A stretch of 64,000 nt of DNA from the human T2T-CHM13v2.0 reference genome, Homo sapiens (GCF_009914755.1 NC_060925.1), one strand, 5' to 3'. Counted from the first letter of the stretch, positions 28,127 to 41,749 are shown. Notes: a model not told the origin generated them from the letters alone. Translations and numbers: made by a program.

Positions 28127-29031
28127 CAATAGTGACAGGAGACAGACAAATTCCTAGGCAGACAGGGACAGGTCCCTGGTGAAACCTGACCTTCGAGCCA
28201 AAGACAGCCTGAAGCCTAAAATCCTAACTGCCAGTTCTGGATAGAGTCCATGACTGGAGTGAGAACTTCCATTCCTGCCTTACCCTCTCTTTCTCGATTT
28301 GTTTCTTCTGGATGATGCCTTTTATCCAAATGAATGGTGCTTTTTCCAAAGACTGCCCATGGACCAATCAGCATTCATTTCCCCATTGTAAGCTCATAAA
28401 AACCCTGGACTCAACCACACAGACTGCTACCCACTTTTGTGTCCCCTCTCACCACTGAGAGTGTTCCTTCTGTTGCTCAATAAAATTCTTCTCTGCCTTA
28501 CTCACTCTCTGGTGTCCACACACCTTATTCCTCTTGGTTGTAGGACACAAACCTGAAACCTGCCGAGCTATGGGCAGTGGGAATGAAAGAGAGCTGTTAA
28601 CATGCTCCTGTCCACCAGCCTATGGGAGATAGAGAGCTGTAACATGCTATCATTCACTGAAATACAGGAGAAAGATTGCTGTAGCATGTTCCTGCTCACT
28701 GAGCTATAGAAGTGAGGAACGGTGACATCTCTTGGGGGCTCAGACCTCAGGACTCCCCAAGCAGAAGCTGCAACATTCCTCGGGGCTTTGCAATTGCTGG
28801 CATCTCCAAGTTTTTAGGCACCACCAGGCTCCTCTTGTCTAGACACCAGTGCCCAATGCAGAAGCTGCTTGTAGCATGCCCGGTCCAGCTGTGGGCTGAG
28901 TACCAAGCCACTGAAGGTGCAAGATCTGAGCAAGTGCAAGCTCAGTTCAGCCTGCTGGGCTGAGCAGGCAGAGCGAACCCAGCCACAGAGATTTCCGGCT
29001 GGTGAAGCAGCACCAAAGGAATCCTGTAACA
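28127..29031 (+). mobile_element. ERV1 solo LTR of about 900 bp (LTR27/LTR28/LTR1 group, LTR27B-like)
   Basis: ATAGTGACAGGAGACAGACAAATTCCTAGGCAGACAGGG start, CCAATCA box, AATAAA near 28478, repeated GAGCTGTAACA units, ends CCTGTAACA. Confidence 0.8.
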
Positions 29032-30309
29032 ATAACATAAAGGTGGACAGGAGGAGAAATGGAAATATGAGTTTGTTTACTATAGGTAAATATAGACTTA
29101 CCATATGATCCAGATATTTCACCTCTAGGTATTTATCCAAGATAAACAAAAACATATGTTATAAAAAGATCTGTACATGAACATGTATGTTCATATCATC
29201 TTTATTTGTAGTAGGATAAAACAATACCTAGAAACAACCCAAATGTCCAACAAAATATGAATGAATATAGCAATACAATGGAATACTACTCAACAATAAA
29301 AAATAATTAACTATGGATTTATAAGATGCCACAGACGAATCTCAATGTTTCAAAATAATTAAGGGGAGTAAAATAATTGAGCTACAATCATAATCTCTAA
29401 TTGCATTCATATAAAAGTCTGGAAAATCCAAACCAATATATAGTGAAGAAAAGCTGACAGTGGTTGGAAAAAGGGATGGGTAAAGGCTGAAAGGAGGAAT
29501 TAAATAGGCAAGATAAAACTTCCATGGGCAATGGATATATTTGGCAATGGATAATAGTTTCATGGACATATGCCAAAAGGCATAAATCCAGCACTTTAAA
29601 TAAGTAGAGCTCATAAAACCATAGTAATTTGCTTTCAAAAAAAAATGGAGCCTTATTTACCCACAATTGTCACTTGTACCAAATCAGCATATTTAAATAT
29701 TATTTTTAAAATAATCTCAGCCTCTGATAAGTTTACAAATTCTTAATCACAAGCATCTGTGTACAGGTATTTAGGTGGATAATGCAGCTGATATGATATA
29801 TTTATTAAGCCCAGTGAGCAATGTTAACAACAATTATACTCTTCATTTTAATAGAATGTTTATGTTTGATGTTTAAATAATTTCATTATCAAGATGAATA
29901 ATAGGATTGACTTTGACAACTTTCTTAATTACTGATTTTGACAGGAAGCCAACGCTAATTAGAATTTCATTTTTTAAAAATGAATACATTGTTTGTAATG
30001 AGCCAAACATCTCTCAATTAAATCAGAGTTCTAATATTGCCCAAGTTGTCATTTTAATTACAGCATAATATATGTAGAGAATAAGTATGTATTTTAATTT
30101 TAAAATGTGACTTTTAAATGAACTAATTTATAGATGAATTTTTGGTAGTCTACTGCAATTTCTGCTATATGTGATAGAGATATAAAAATCATTTTAGCAT
30201 TTAAATTTCTAAAAATTAAACTTTTCTAATTGTATTTGAAATAAAAAAGTTTTTCTTCCTATGGGAATAGGACATTACAATATGCACTACAAAAACCAAA
30301 AGCTTTTGT

Positions 30310-31128
30310 TGTGATCCTCTACGTCTGACCCGTGGGTCACAAGTTGACAATGTTTCCAATTTTCACCCCTCCTCCTGCCAACCTGTAGACCCTAGGGTTC
30401 CTAGTTCATTTCAAATGGTTGAGTCTGGGCTTCATTTTTGAAGGAACTACTCATTTCAATCTGTTCTCTTCATCCATGCCAACAGTTAGTTGACATTTCC
30501 TCATGATGAAACTGAGAATCAGAGTAGCTCTTCTTGGGGGCCTCCAACAATTGTAAATAACCCTTTCTTTCCAGGAGTCCCTTTGTGTGCCATTGGGATT
30601 ATATTTCTTATATTCGAAGCTGGGTATTAAGTTGCCTCCCCACCAAAAAACAGTGACTTTCACCTTAGGGTTGGTTGTAAGACTCCTTCTAGTGTTTAAG
30701 GAAATACTGTGTTAGTTCTGGAAGCTATCCGGATTAGGCAGTGTTGGAATTGTCCTTGTTGTTGCCCATGGTGGTATCTAGGCGATCTTTAATGTAACCC
30801 GCTGTACCTGTATTAATGCTTTGGACTTGGTAGAAAAGTTAATACAAAAACTACAGTAGAATGCCACCTGACTTTCTAAGGTAGACACTGTTAGCTTTAT
30901 GGGGTTTATTCAACTGGGAATATGGAGGACAGTGCTGAAGTCAATAATTAATTTGGCTGTTAGGGGGTTCTGTTAATAGTAGCTTTAGTTAAATGCTGCA
31001 TAACACAAATTAAACTGATTTAGCCCTAGCCCCTGGCAGTCATATTAATCAGAGTCAAAGAGGCAGGCAGATGGCACACTTGTGAGAAAATTCATCAGTA
31101 GTTAAATGGTATAGAAATGAGTGTCGGG
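30310..31128 (+). mobile_element. Degenerate ERV internal 3' region with env TM remnant (MER110-int-like)
   Basis: 30758-30886 translates VVAHGGI*AIFNVTRCTCINALDLVEKLIQKLQ*NAT*LSKVD, a decayed env CX6CC/heptad region just upstream of an LTR. Confidence 0.65.
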
Positions 31129-31129
31129 T

Positions 31130-31506
31130 ATTAATGGGAGACAATTTTCTATGAGTCTTTTTCATTTGTGCATGACTTTATCATACTGTGTTTTTGGACC
31201 GTCTTTTCAGTTATATTTGTATGGTAAACAGCACTGGAAGATACAGTGGCTCATTCCAGGATGGAGGATGCATGGATTTCCTGAGAAGTTTAATAAAGAT
31301 ATGTCATTCCAAGGCAAAGATTAGGTGGTTTGCAAGCACCCTGATTTGAAAGATTGGTGGTTTTTCATACTGTGCCCTGAGTAATAAAGTTCCTTATAAG
31401 TGACCTAGGAGTCTCATGTTCTTTGCCAGAATTATGAAACTTTGTCAGGGTAACTATTTATTTTGCAAGCAGGGTAAAAATTTCAGACATTTTACATTTC
31501 TTAGCA
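31130..31506 (+). mobile_element. ERV1 LTR (MER110-like), probably the 3' LTR of the env remnant
   Basis: GGAGACAATTTTCTATGAGTCT...TGGACCGTCTTTTCA...AACAGCACTGGAAGATA; ends TTTCTTAGCA. Confidence 0.55.
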
Positions 31507-31509
31507 ACC

Positions 31510-33210
31510 TTCCCACAGTGTGTAATCAAAGCATTAATTCCTGAGGCCAGATTGGTGATTCTTTACACAAGGAAACAAAAGTGACTGGAAAGCAGTCATA
31601 GCTACTTATGTTTAATTGTACATTTGTTGTGTCAGGCCATGGAAACACTAACCCCTGTGGATCCAGAGTGTTTTTCACAAATCCATAGTTCTTGATATGT
31701 TTGACGTTTTCATTTCCTGTGTATACAGTCACTCTAACAAATAGCCATAATTCCCTGGGGGAAGGATGCAGGGAATCATCACAGTGTTTGTTTACCATGA
31801 CTTTGTAGGTCCTTTTCTCTGGGGACCTGGTCATCTTTTGAGTCAATCAATTTAAGGTATGAAAACTCAGATCTGAATTGGCACAAAGCTTCTGATTTAA
31901 ATTGAGGTGTCTATCAATTGTACAGTCTCTTCCTTTATATAGATTAAGCAAACCCTTTGCCAATTTCTTCTCTATCTTGTCTCTATGGAAACCATATTAC
32001 ACTTACCATCCCTGGATATCTCTAAAGGTTAGTCACCTGCCTGTGACTAAGATCTTGCTATTCCTTGCAACAGTTGCAGACAGCTTGCTTCTGATGGTTA
32101 AGCACTATCATTATCACCTCCTTTATGTCATGCCCTTTGCTATCTGGATGGTCACTTCTGTATTACTATCTCCTTCCAAGTTGCCTGCAGACAACATCCT
32201 CCACTTCTCAATTAATTCCAGTACCTTTCTCACCCAGGTATCTCCTACCAACTATGATTTGTCTTCAGTAAACCATAGTCAGTTGGTAGGCTCTTGATAT
32301 TACATGGTATCCACTAAAACATGTTCAGTTTTGTATGGCTTTTTTTGAATATTTCTTCAACTTGCCACAATAGTTCTATTATTTCTGTTTGCTTAGGGTG
32401 GATCATTACTTTCTCTAAGCTTCACAGGGATTTGCTAGCAGCATAATGATGCTATCTTCTGGCATCCTTATCAGGATGTTTATTTTCTTATCACAGGAGA
32501 TTTCTTCCATGTTTATAAAATTCACCAAATTTTATGTTCTGCCCTTCTTGTTCTAGCTCTTACCAGATCCATTCTCTCCCAGCTCATACAAGTGCATGTG
32601 GACTTACTCCTACAGATCTTTAACGATATAGTATCATTCCTCCTTCAGGTAACACAGCAATTTATTTATCAAGTTACGTTGTGAACAATCCTATTTTGTT
32701 GATCTTCTGGCCATGAGGGGGAGCAGAGACTTATGCTGTGGGAGGCATGCTGTCTTGAGAGACAGAGGAGTGGGCTGCTTCTGAAGATCCTATGAGGGAA
32801 ACAAGTCTAGGTTTTCAAAATTTTCTAGTGCATCTACCCAAGTTTCTCAAGTTCATGTCTCAGGATCCCAGTCCTTCCAAATCAAAACCCTTACAATGGG
32901 ATAAGCAGACTTGCTGTGTTTGAAAGTTTAATCTTATCTTTCTCTCCATTGCTCTGAAGGTAGATTGTGATAGAATGTGCAGGTCTTATGTTAACCTGGA
33001 ATTAAAGAGATACAATTTAAAATAGGGGCAGGAGATACAAGTCAGTGTCTCTCCACACACTAATAGGAACTGTGGGAGATGGAGTTTGAGCATAGGCTTC
33101 TGAGGGAGGTGTCGGGTAATTAGATTCCAAGATGAATAGGGTTATAGCAAATAAATTTGGCTCATCTCCAGATATTGTAGATGTAAAATTTAAGCAGGTG
33201 GGAGCAGAGC
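31510..33210 (-). mobile_element. Degenerate ERVL/MaLR internal (gag-like) sequence
   Basis: Antisense ERVL-gag-like motifs TACAGTCACTCTAACAAATAGCCAT..CCCTGGGGGAAGG and GGATCCCAGTCCTTCCAAATCAA. Confidence 0.5.
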
Positions 33211-34689
33211 TTATTTAGATTTTATTAGTAATTTGAGGAAGAGGGAAATACTTCAGTGTCACTGATGGAGGCCAAATTGTCAGAGACTGGGCTAGTCATT
33301 CTAGCAATTTGTTCCAAAATAAAGAGAAACAGTGAGATACAATTAGAGCACCAGCCAGTTTCCAAACATTGGACCAGCAGGAACAAAGCAGGAGCTCTTC
33401 TATTTCTTTGTGGCTCCATTCTTCTTTTCTTCCCTTACTGCCTGCAGATCTTTTTTTTTCTTTCTTTCTCTTTTTTCTCTTTTAGCTTCTTTGTTTCTGC
33501 AGTATGCTTTGATGGATAAAACATTTAGTTCACAAGATATATAGAATAAAAAAAGGATAGCTACATTACATAGAAATTAGGAGTGATTAATATTGGTCGG
33601 GTGAGGAATTAAAAACCATTATCGCTAATTCCTACAGAGCTTCAATTTAGAAAACTGAATTTTTGTTGTTGTTGTTGTATCCAGATGGTATCGCATTGGT
33701 ATGGGGAGAAGAATAGATTAGGCTGCAAGTGCCTAGCTGAACACCTATGAAAAACTGATGTCGGGCAAAAGTAGAACCGAGGTTAATAATCATTCACTTA
33801 CTAACATGGAAAAATCTGCTCCACATCAAGGAGAATGATGGCTATGAATATTTTTACTGAAATATATTATCAGTAGAAGAAAGTGGATATGGACAATAGA
33901 AGAAGATATATGTGAGAGAATGCCAGAGACTCTAAAGGAACAATAATTTAATTTATTGTTTACTTATTAACATATTTAAGATAATTCAATGGAATTAATT
34001 CCTTATTTGATCAAGAGGAGGATGTGAATAACAATGCTTTAAGATGAAAGAGATGTATGTTTAAACAATATTAGCAATTAAACAAAATGTTCATATTAAA
34101 ACCAATAGAGTTAGAAGTATATTTCCTTTATTCTTTTATTGACTTTCCCTCAGGAATAAAGTAAGAACCATAAAGTCAGTAATTGCATGAACATTTCCAT
34201 TTAATATCATAGGGGCTGTTGAATTCTCAGCAACTGGATTACCTTTCTGAAACTTGGAGAATAATATGGATATAAAGATGACTGTTTTCTCCTTATTGAG
34301 TATACACAAACTAACAATGTATTACTAATTTAGATGACTAGTCTCATAAAACAATTTCCTTTAAACTTTTTTTGTAGTCAAAGCATTTCCAAATAATAGG
34401 ATCTTAGAATCTGATACAAATTTAGAAAAAGACTGTATGACATTTTAGAAAAATTATAAACTTTCAGAAATAAGTCAGAGTCAATTATTTTATTTGGGAA
34501 GATAGCATCTTATTACAGAAGGAAATGAAAATTTCACATTATGGAAACAAAGAAACTAACTCAAAAAGGATGCATGTCATGCACTATTATCAATAATAAG
34601 TCTCTGGCAAATGCCTATATATAGAACCTAGTCTTGATGATGGAATTACAAATATACGAACCTCTCTCTAGAGGGAATTAATGTAGACT

Positions 34690-35500
34690 TCTATAAAAGC
34701 AACATCTGCTCAGTTTCAAGAGCAGGGTGCCAGTGTGGCTGGATCACAGCCATCCAGAAGGACCGCAGATTATGAGGCCTGAGAAGAATCCTATGGCCAG
34801 AACATGTATGGCATTTTGGAACACAGTAAAGATTTCTGATTTTACCTGAACTGTAAAGATTGATTGTAGACATTGAAGAGTCACCACCAATCTGCATTTT
34901 GAAATGATTACTTAGACTGTTGTACTGATAATAGATTGTAGGGGAAATACACTGTAAAATGTAAAAAGGGAGACCAATATGGTAGCTACTACATAGTCAG
35001 AAAAGCGACAATGGTGGCTTGGATTAAGATAGGAACAGTGGAATTGTTGACAAGTGATCAGACCTGGCCTATATTCTAAAGGCAGATGACCAGATATTCT
35101 GTTGCATTATAAAAAAGAGCAGTTAGGATGCTTCCAAGATCTTTGTCCTGAGCAACTGTGTGATTGAGATTAACAAATAATGAAATAAAGAATTTGGGGA
35201 TGGGGTAGGATGGGGTTGAGATATCAAGATTTCTGTTTTGGATGTGAATGCTTAGTGTAAAGATATATGAGCCTACAGCTTGGGGAAATATTAGAATGAG
35301 ATAAAAATTTGGATTCAGCAAGATATATGTGATATTATAAGTAATAGGATTATGCCAATGATGGAAGCATTATTGATTCCAGGCAAATCACAGTATTTGA
35401 ATGTAGTAGTGATGAGAATAATTTGTAAGACTAAGCTTTAGAGTGCTCTACCTTGAAAGGCTGGTCTGGAAGAGAGGATCCAGCAGAAATCACAGGAGGA
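34690..35500 (-). mobile_element. L2 LINE remnant
   Basis: GGGAGACCA..GGTAGCTACT..ATAGTC, ATGGTGGCTTGGA, TCCAAGATCTTTGTCCTGAGCAACTG. Confidence 0.65.
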
Positions 35501-36214
35501 AGCCACAGGAAGCCAACGCAAACCCCACAACTCTCTATTATATAGTATAGAAACTATTTTTGAGTGTCATTGAATAGACACTATTGAATAGTGTCTTTAC
35601 CTTCACGTTTATTATAATGTTCATTATATATTCAACTGTTCACATTCTTAATATGTACATTAAAATATAAATTCTTTGATGGTATGGAGCATGTCTCTTT
35701 AGCTCACCACTTTATAGGGTCTCATTCCTACTCTAGTGTCCAGTATACCTAGGTACTAAAAAATAATTGTCCCCCTTTTTCACAACGGGTTTGCCGCCAG
35801 AACAGAGGTGTCATGAAAACTACCCCTAAAAGCCAAAATGGGAAAGGAAAAGACTCACATCAACATTGTCATCATCGGACACGTAGATTTGGGCAAGTTT
35901 ACCACTACTGGCCATCTGATCTAAAAATGCAGTGGCATCGACAAAAGAATCATGGAGAAATTTGAGAAGGAGGCTGCTGAGATGGGAAAGGGCTCCTTCA
36001 AGTATGCCTGGGTCTTGGATAAACTGAATGCTGAGCATGAAGGTGGCATCACCATTGATATCTCCTTGTGGAAATTTGAGACAAGTAAGTACTATGTGAC
36101 TATTATTGATGCCCCAGGACACAGAGTCTTCATCAAAAACATGATTACAGGGACATCTCAGGCTGACTCTGCTGTCCTGATTGTTGCTGCTGGTGTTGGT
36201 GAATTTGAAGGTAG

Positions 36215-36325
<111 letters not shown>

Positions 36326-37434
36326 TAGAAGAGATATGAGGCAATCAATTCAGCACCTTCATTAAGAAAATTGGCTACAACCCCAACACAATAGCATTTG
36401 TGCCAATTTCTGGTTGGAATGGTGACAACATGTTGGAGCCAACTGCTAACATACCTTGGTTCAAGGGATGGAAAGTCACCCGTAAGGATAGCAATGTCAG
36501 TGGAACCATGCTGCTTGAGGCTCTGGACTGCATCCTACCACCAAATCGTCCAACTAACAAGCTCTTGTGCCTGCCTCCCCAGGATGTCTACAAAATTGGT
36601 GGTATTGGTACTGTTCCTGTTGGCCGAGTGGAGACTGGTGTTCTCAAACCTGGTATGGTGGTCACCTTTGCTCCAGTCAATATTACAACTGAAGTAAAAT
36701 CTGTCAAAATGCACCATGAAGCTTTGAGTGAAGCTTTTCCTGGGGACAGTGTGGGCTTCAGTGTCAACAATGTGTCTGTCAAGGACGTTTGTTGTGGCAA
36801 TGTTGCTAGTGATAGCAAAAACGACCCACCAGTGGAAGCAGCTGGCTTCACTGCTCCGGTGATTATCCTGAACCATCCAGGCCAAATCAGCGCTGGCTGT
36901 GCCCCTGCACTGGATAGCCACATGGTTCACGTTGCATGCAAGTTTGCTGAGCTGAAGGAAAAGATTGATCGCCGTTCTGGTAAAAAGCTGGAAGATGGCC
37001 CTAAATTCTTGAAGTCTGGTGATGCTGCCATCATTGATGTGGTTCCTGGCAAGCACATTTGTGTTGAGAGTTTATCAGACTATCCACCTCTGGGTGGCTT
37101 TGCTGTTCATGATATGAGACAGGCAATTGCTGTGGGTGTGTGTCATCAAAGGAGTGGACAAGAAGGCTGCTGGAGATGGCAAAGTCACCTAGTCTGCCCA
37201 GAAGGCTAAATGAATATTATCCCTAATACCAGCCACCCCGGGTTTAATCAGTGGTGGAGGAATGGTATCAGGGCTGTTTGTTTAAACTGGCCATTTAAGT
37301 TTAATAGTAGAAGACTGGTTAATGATAACAATGCATCGTAAAATCTTCAGAAGGAAAGGAAAATGTTTTGAGTACCACTTTGATTCTCTTTTTTGCGTGT
37401 GGCAGTTTTAAGTTATTCGTTTTTAAAATCAGTA

Positions 37435-37517
37435 TTTTTTTCTTTTTTTTAAATTATACTTTAAGTTCTGGGATACATGTGCAGAAAAGTGCAGGTTTTT
37501 TCCATAGGTATACACAT
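37435..37517 (-). mobile_element. L1PA7/8-like 3' stub of about 80 bp inside the pseudogene 3'UTR
   Basis: T tract plus ATTATACTTTAAGTTCTGGGATACATGTGCAGAA..GTGCAGGTTT..CATAGGTATACAC; interrupts EEF1A1 3'UTR AAATCAGTA|CTTTTAATGG. Confidence 0.88.
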
Positions 37518-37824
37518 ATTTATTTATTTATTTATTTATTTTGAGATGGAGTCTCCCTCTGTCACCCAGGCTGGAGTGCAGTGACGCCATCTCGGCTCAC
37601 CGCAAGCTCCGCCCCCTGGTTTCACGCCATTCTCCTGCCTCAGCCTCCCGAGTGGCTGGGACTACAGGTGCCCGCCACCACGCCTGGCTCATTTTTTGTA
37701 TTTTTAAGTAGAGAGGGGGCTTCACTGTGTTAGCCAGGCTGGTCTCCATCTCCCGACCTTGTGATCTGCCTGCCTCAGCCTCCCACAGTGCTGGGATTAC
37801 ATGTGTGAGCCACCGCGCCCGGCC
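37518..37824 (-). mobile_element. AluY, full length, (TTTA)n tail
   Basis: GCAAGCTCCGCC...TTCACGCCATTCTCC diagnostics; TSD AGGTATACACATATT (37506-37520) / AGGTATGCACGTACT (37825-37839). Confidence 0.95.
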
Positions 37825-38555
37825 AGGTATGCACGTACTTTTAATGGAAACAGCTTGACCAAAAATCTGTCACAGAATTTTGAGACCCACTAAGAATGTT
37901 TAATGAGAAAAAAAATTATCCAATGATTAAATAAAATAAATAGTAGGGTTTTTCATAAAAATATTTTTAAGTTTGTAATTTGAATGCTTTTAACATTTAA
38001 CTTTTTTTTACAATGAATGTGAATATTTTTTGTTAAAATATTTGTTCACACCTCCATTGGTTTCTTCAGTTCCATGTATTTTTTGATATTTAAAATTTTA
38101 TGTACATTTATTATTTTCCATATATTTTTATTTTGTCTTGCTGAATTGTGTTTATTTTAAAAATTTACACAAATAGCTGTTATATTGGGACTTTATAAGT
38201 ATTCTCTTTTTCATAGAGTTTTAATTATTTTACATTTATATAATTAATGTTTCTGGAGTACATCCTGAAGATAAATGTGTTATGAGAAGAAAAATGTATT
38301 TTCTTTTTTCCTGTCAAAAAAAAAACCCCTATCACCTTTGATACTTCTTTCTTCCAAGGTATGTATGAGTTTGAGACCTCTGATAACATTTTCAGAGGAA
38401 AATTATTTCATAAAGGAATAGATTTGAAAGCATGTAACAATGTTATGAATCTTTGTGTTAGTGCCTAGGCTAAAAAGCTTCCAAAATAAAGATGCTTTTG
38501 TTGGTTGATGTTCATTGGTTTGTGGTTGTTTCAACTTAGATTGACAGTTGTATAC

Positions 38556-38560
<5 letters not shown>

Positions 38561-38604
<44 letters not shown>
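38561..38604. repeat. (GT)22 microsatellite followed by a TA-rich tract
   Basis: Read directly from the sequence. Confidence 0.97.
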
Positions 38605-38607
<3 letters not shown>

Positions 38608-39264
38608 CTATATATATATAATATGTATATAAATATACATTGTCATTATCCATTTTTGTTATTTTAATTTCAAGGATGCACATATCAAAATTAAGCAATA
38701 TATTTTCAGAATATTTGGTATATGTAAAAGATAGTGGCAGAAAAATTATATTGATAATTTTAAAGCCATCTTTGTTCATTTTAGAGAAAATTAAACTGTA
38801 TTCTGCTTTAAAATATATCCAGAAGTTTTCAACATTCAATGGAAGAACATATAATTAAATATGATTTAGACTGTTTTAAACAGTTAGTTTACAAGTATTG
38901 TTTATAAATTAATGATTCAATTTAATGTGAACATCCTTTGTGTCAGAGTTGGGACACTACAAAATTCAGTTTATAATAATTTATGCAGTGTACAAAAAAC
39001 ACAAGTCACCTTTGCTTATTAGTAGGTCATTTTTCACTTTTTTAGATGAGCAAGAATAGCTTTAATGGATTTCCAAAATGCATAGTAGTTAGAGAAGCAA
39101 ATTAGGTCATAATAATAAATAAATGAAGATTCTGATACTCTTATGTTTTCAAAGGTACAGGTAACTCCTTATCCAGGGTTTTTAGGGGAAATGCAGCTGT
39201 TGATGAGCATTTTTTGGAAGATGTTATTACATAATTACCGCAATTATTAAAAGCCAAACAACCT

Positions 39265-39480
39265 AATAGTTAAGAGCCTAAAATCAAGGATGAGATAGCC
39301 TTCATTCCGTTCCCAGTTCTGTCATTAGCTAGCCGCATAATTTGCAAAAATTACTGTGTCTCAGTTTCCTCAGCTTTACAGATAAGGAAATAATAGTATC
39401 AGTTGATAGTGTTGATGTTGGGATTTAATTATTTTGTATGAGGGCGTTTAAATAGAACTATATGAGATTTTGCTACTATT
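39265..39480 (+). mobile_element. MIR SINE
   Basis: GTTAAGAGC...TCCCAGTTCTGTCATTAGCTAGC...CTGTGTCTCAGTTTCCTCA..T..AGATAAGGAAATAATAGTA core. Confidence 0.75.
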
Positions 39481-39789
39481 AAAATTGAAATCAAATATTG
39501 AAATAATTTATGAAGAAGAAAAAAGATGTATTCACATTTAGATTCCATTTGGAAGAAATAACAAATTTCCTTTAATTAATTGTTAGTATGACTAAAAATT
39601 TATTTCACAAAGTTGCTGAAAACAAACATTTGTTAGAGTCTACAGTGTCATAGTGTTTGCTTTTTAAAATGTTAAGATTAAATCATATTGTTACTTTATT
39701 TTTTTCTAATTAATATTTTATATGAAGTGTTCTTCTATTAAATGGGTTGATGTCACCATAAAATATGAATAGAATAGCTATCTTGTCAT

Positions 39790-40100
39790 TTCTTTTTTTC
39801 CTTCCTTTTAGTTTTTAATGTTTATGGGTATATAGTAGATACATATATTTATGGGAAACATGGGGTATTTTGATAGCTATATACTGTGCAATAATCACAT
39901 CATGATAAATGGGATATTCATCAACTCAAGCATTCATAATTTCTTAGTGTTACAAACATTCCCATGGTAGCCTCTCTGTTATTTTAAAGTGTACAACAAA
40001 TTTAGCCACTGCTTTACTATCACTATAGCCACGCTGTTTTCGTATCAAACACTAGGTCTTATTCATTGTATCTAACTATATTTTTGTACCTATTAACCAA
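39790..40100 (-). mobile_element. L1MA2-4-like 3' end
   Basis: TATGGGTATATAGTAG..ATATATTTATGGG..ACATG..GTATTTTGATA...ATAATCACATCATG. Confidence 0.75.
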
Positions 40101-40354
40101 AACTCAAGCAGAGTCCTATAAATTTTTGTCCTATCCCAATCGATTTTTGAGTACTTTCTCATTTTTGCCATAGCAAGGTATTTCATGCTAATCTTTTATC
40201 ATCCATGCTCTACCCCCTTGGAAGAGCAATTTCTTCAAGAAGCTTTATTTCCTTTAAGAAGAGAATAATATTTAGAAATCTAGATCTGCTATTTGTATTT
40301 TCTTTGCTACTGGGATGTCAATTTCTCTAGACCATCTCAGCAGACATGTAATTA

Positions 40355-40795
40355 CATGTTTTTAAATGTTTTATTGACACATACTCTTTGTTCATATTTA
40401 TGGGGCACGGGTGATATTTTGATACATGTAGAGAATGTGTAATCATCAAGTCAGGGTATTTAGGCTATTCATCACCTCCAGCATTTATCATAGTTTTGTG
40501 TTGTGAATATTTCAAATCCTCTCTTCTAGATTATTTTGAAATGTACAATATATTGTTGTTAACTTCAGTCACCCTACTGTGCTATTGAACATTAGAACTT
40601 ATTCCTCCTATCTAATTATATATTTGTGCTCATTAGCCTGCCTCACTTCATCCCCCAAGCTTCCCCCCAACACACCCTTCCCAGATTCTGGTATCTATTG
40701 TTCTACTATCTACCTCTAAGAGATCAAATTGTTTAGCTCCCACACGTTAGAACATGTGATATTTGTCTTTCTGTGTCCTGTTTATTTCACTTAAT
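40355..40795 (-). mobile_element. L1MA4-5-like 3' end
   Basis: CATATTTATGGGGCAC..GTGATATTTTGATACATG...TTAGCTCCCACA...GTTTATTTCACTTAA. Confidence 0.78.
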
Positions 40796-41388
40796 ACTAT
40801 TTAAATATATGTATTAAACACCATAGATTACATATTAAAATTATCCAATAGTATGAAGATTCATTCCAGAAGTTTACTTTTTCCATATTTTTAATTTCTT
40901 TGTCCAACAATGAGAAACGTATCCCCCATTAGCTATAATATTTTTATTTAATATTATAATACAAATGAAATACATGATTCAGATTCTCTAACCCATACTA
41001 CTATGAGAAATTAATCTGCTATCTAGACTTAAACGTAAGTTTACAGTTCTTTGATCGTTAACCTAAAGCACGAGTAATTTTCAAGCTACTGTATTACATT
41101 TGCTGATTTCTGTTGGTTAAGGCAAGGCAAATCCAATGTAAACGGGAAGGAAATTTCACAAGTGCATGGATACAGAGAAGTGTGATGCATTGAGTGGAGG
41201 TATTGCTGCAACAATCTAGCACAATGTGTTGCTGTACCCAGTGATTAACAACTCCTCATGGGGAATATATAGTCACCCCTTCCTAAGATACCTAAAGTTT
41301 TACTTAATCATGGCATCAGTCTCACCATACGTGATTTTGTGAGTACGTCAAGTCTGGATGTAGGTGAGGCACTTCTGAGGTAGCTACT

Positions 41389-41749
41389 TGATATGGTTTG
41401 GCTCTGTGTCCCTGCCCAAATCTCACATTGAATTGTAATCCCCACCTGTCAGGGCAGGGACCTGTGGGAGGTGACAGGATCATGGGGGTGGTTTCCCCTA
41501 TGCTGTTCTCGTGATAGTGAGTGAATTCTCATGAAGTGTGTGGCAGTTTTTCCCCTCTCATTCTCTCTCTCTCCTGCTCCTTCTCGGTAAGACATGCCTT
41601 GTTTCCCTTTTGCCTTCTGCCATGGTTGTAAGTAAGTTTCCTGAGGCCTCTTCAGCCATGCGGAACTGTGAGTCAATTAAACCTCTTTTCTTTATAAATT
41701 ATCCAGTCTCAGGTGGTTCTTTATAGCAGTATGAAAATGAACTAATACA
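41389..41749 (+). mobile_element. THE1D/MSTA-like solo LTR
   Basis: TGATATGGTTTGGCTCTGTGTCCC...GAACTAATACA; TSD CTACT (41384-41388) / CTATT (41750-41754). Confidence 0.88.

Larger units (their letters stand above)
27060..29640 (+). mobile_element. Old L1MC/MD-like pieces (ORF1 end, inter-ORF, 3'UTR), split by MLT1B and an LTR27-like LTR
   Basis: ORF1-like AAGAAAACTATACCTAG and AATTCTATGCC; 3'UTR ACCATATGATCCAG...AAACAACCCAAATGTCC...TGGAATACTACTCA. Confidence 0.6.

Noticed and set aside
28590-28780. Repeated GAGCTGTAACA units with spacers, superficially CRISPR-like
   Set aside because: Degenerate internal repeats of an ERV1 LTR in primate DNA; spacing is irregular and there are no cas genes.
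31902-32297. 131-aa plus-strand ORF
   Set aside because: Non-ATG start, lies antisense in degenerate ERVL-like internal sequence, no recognisable domain.
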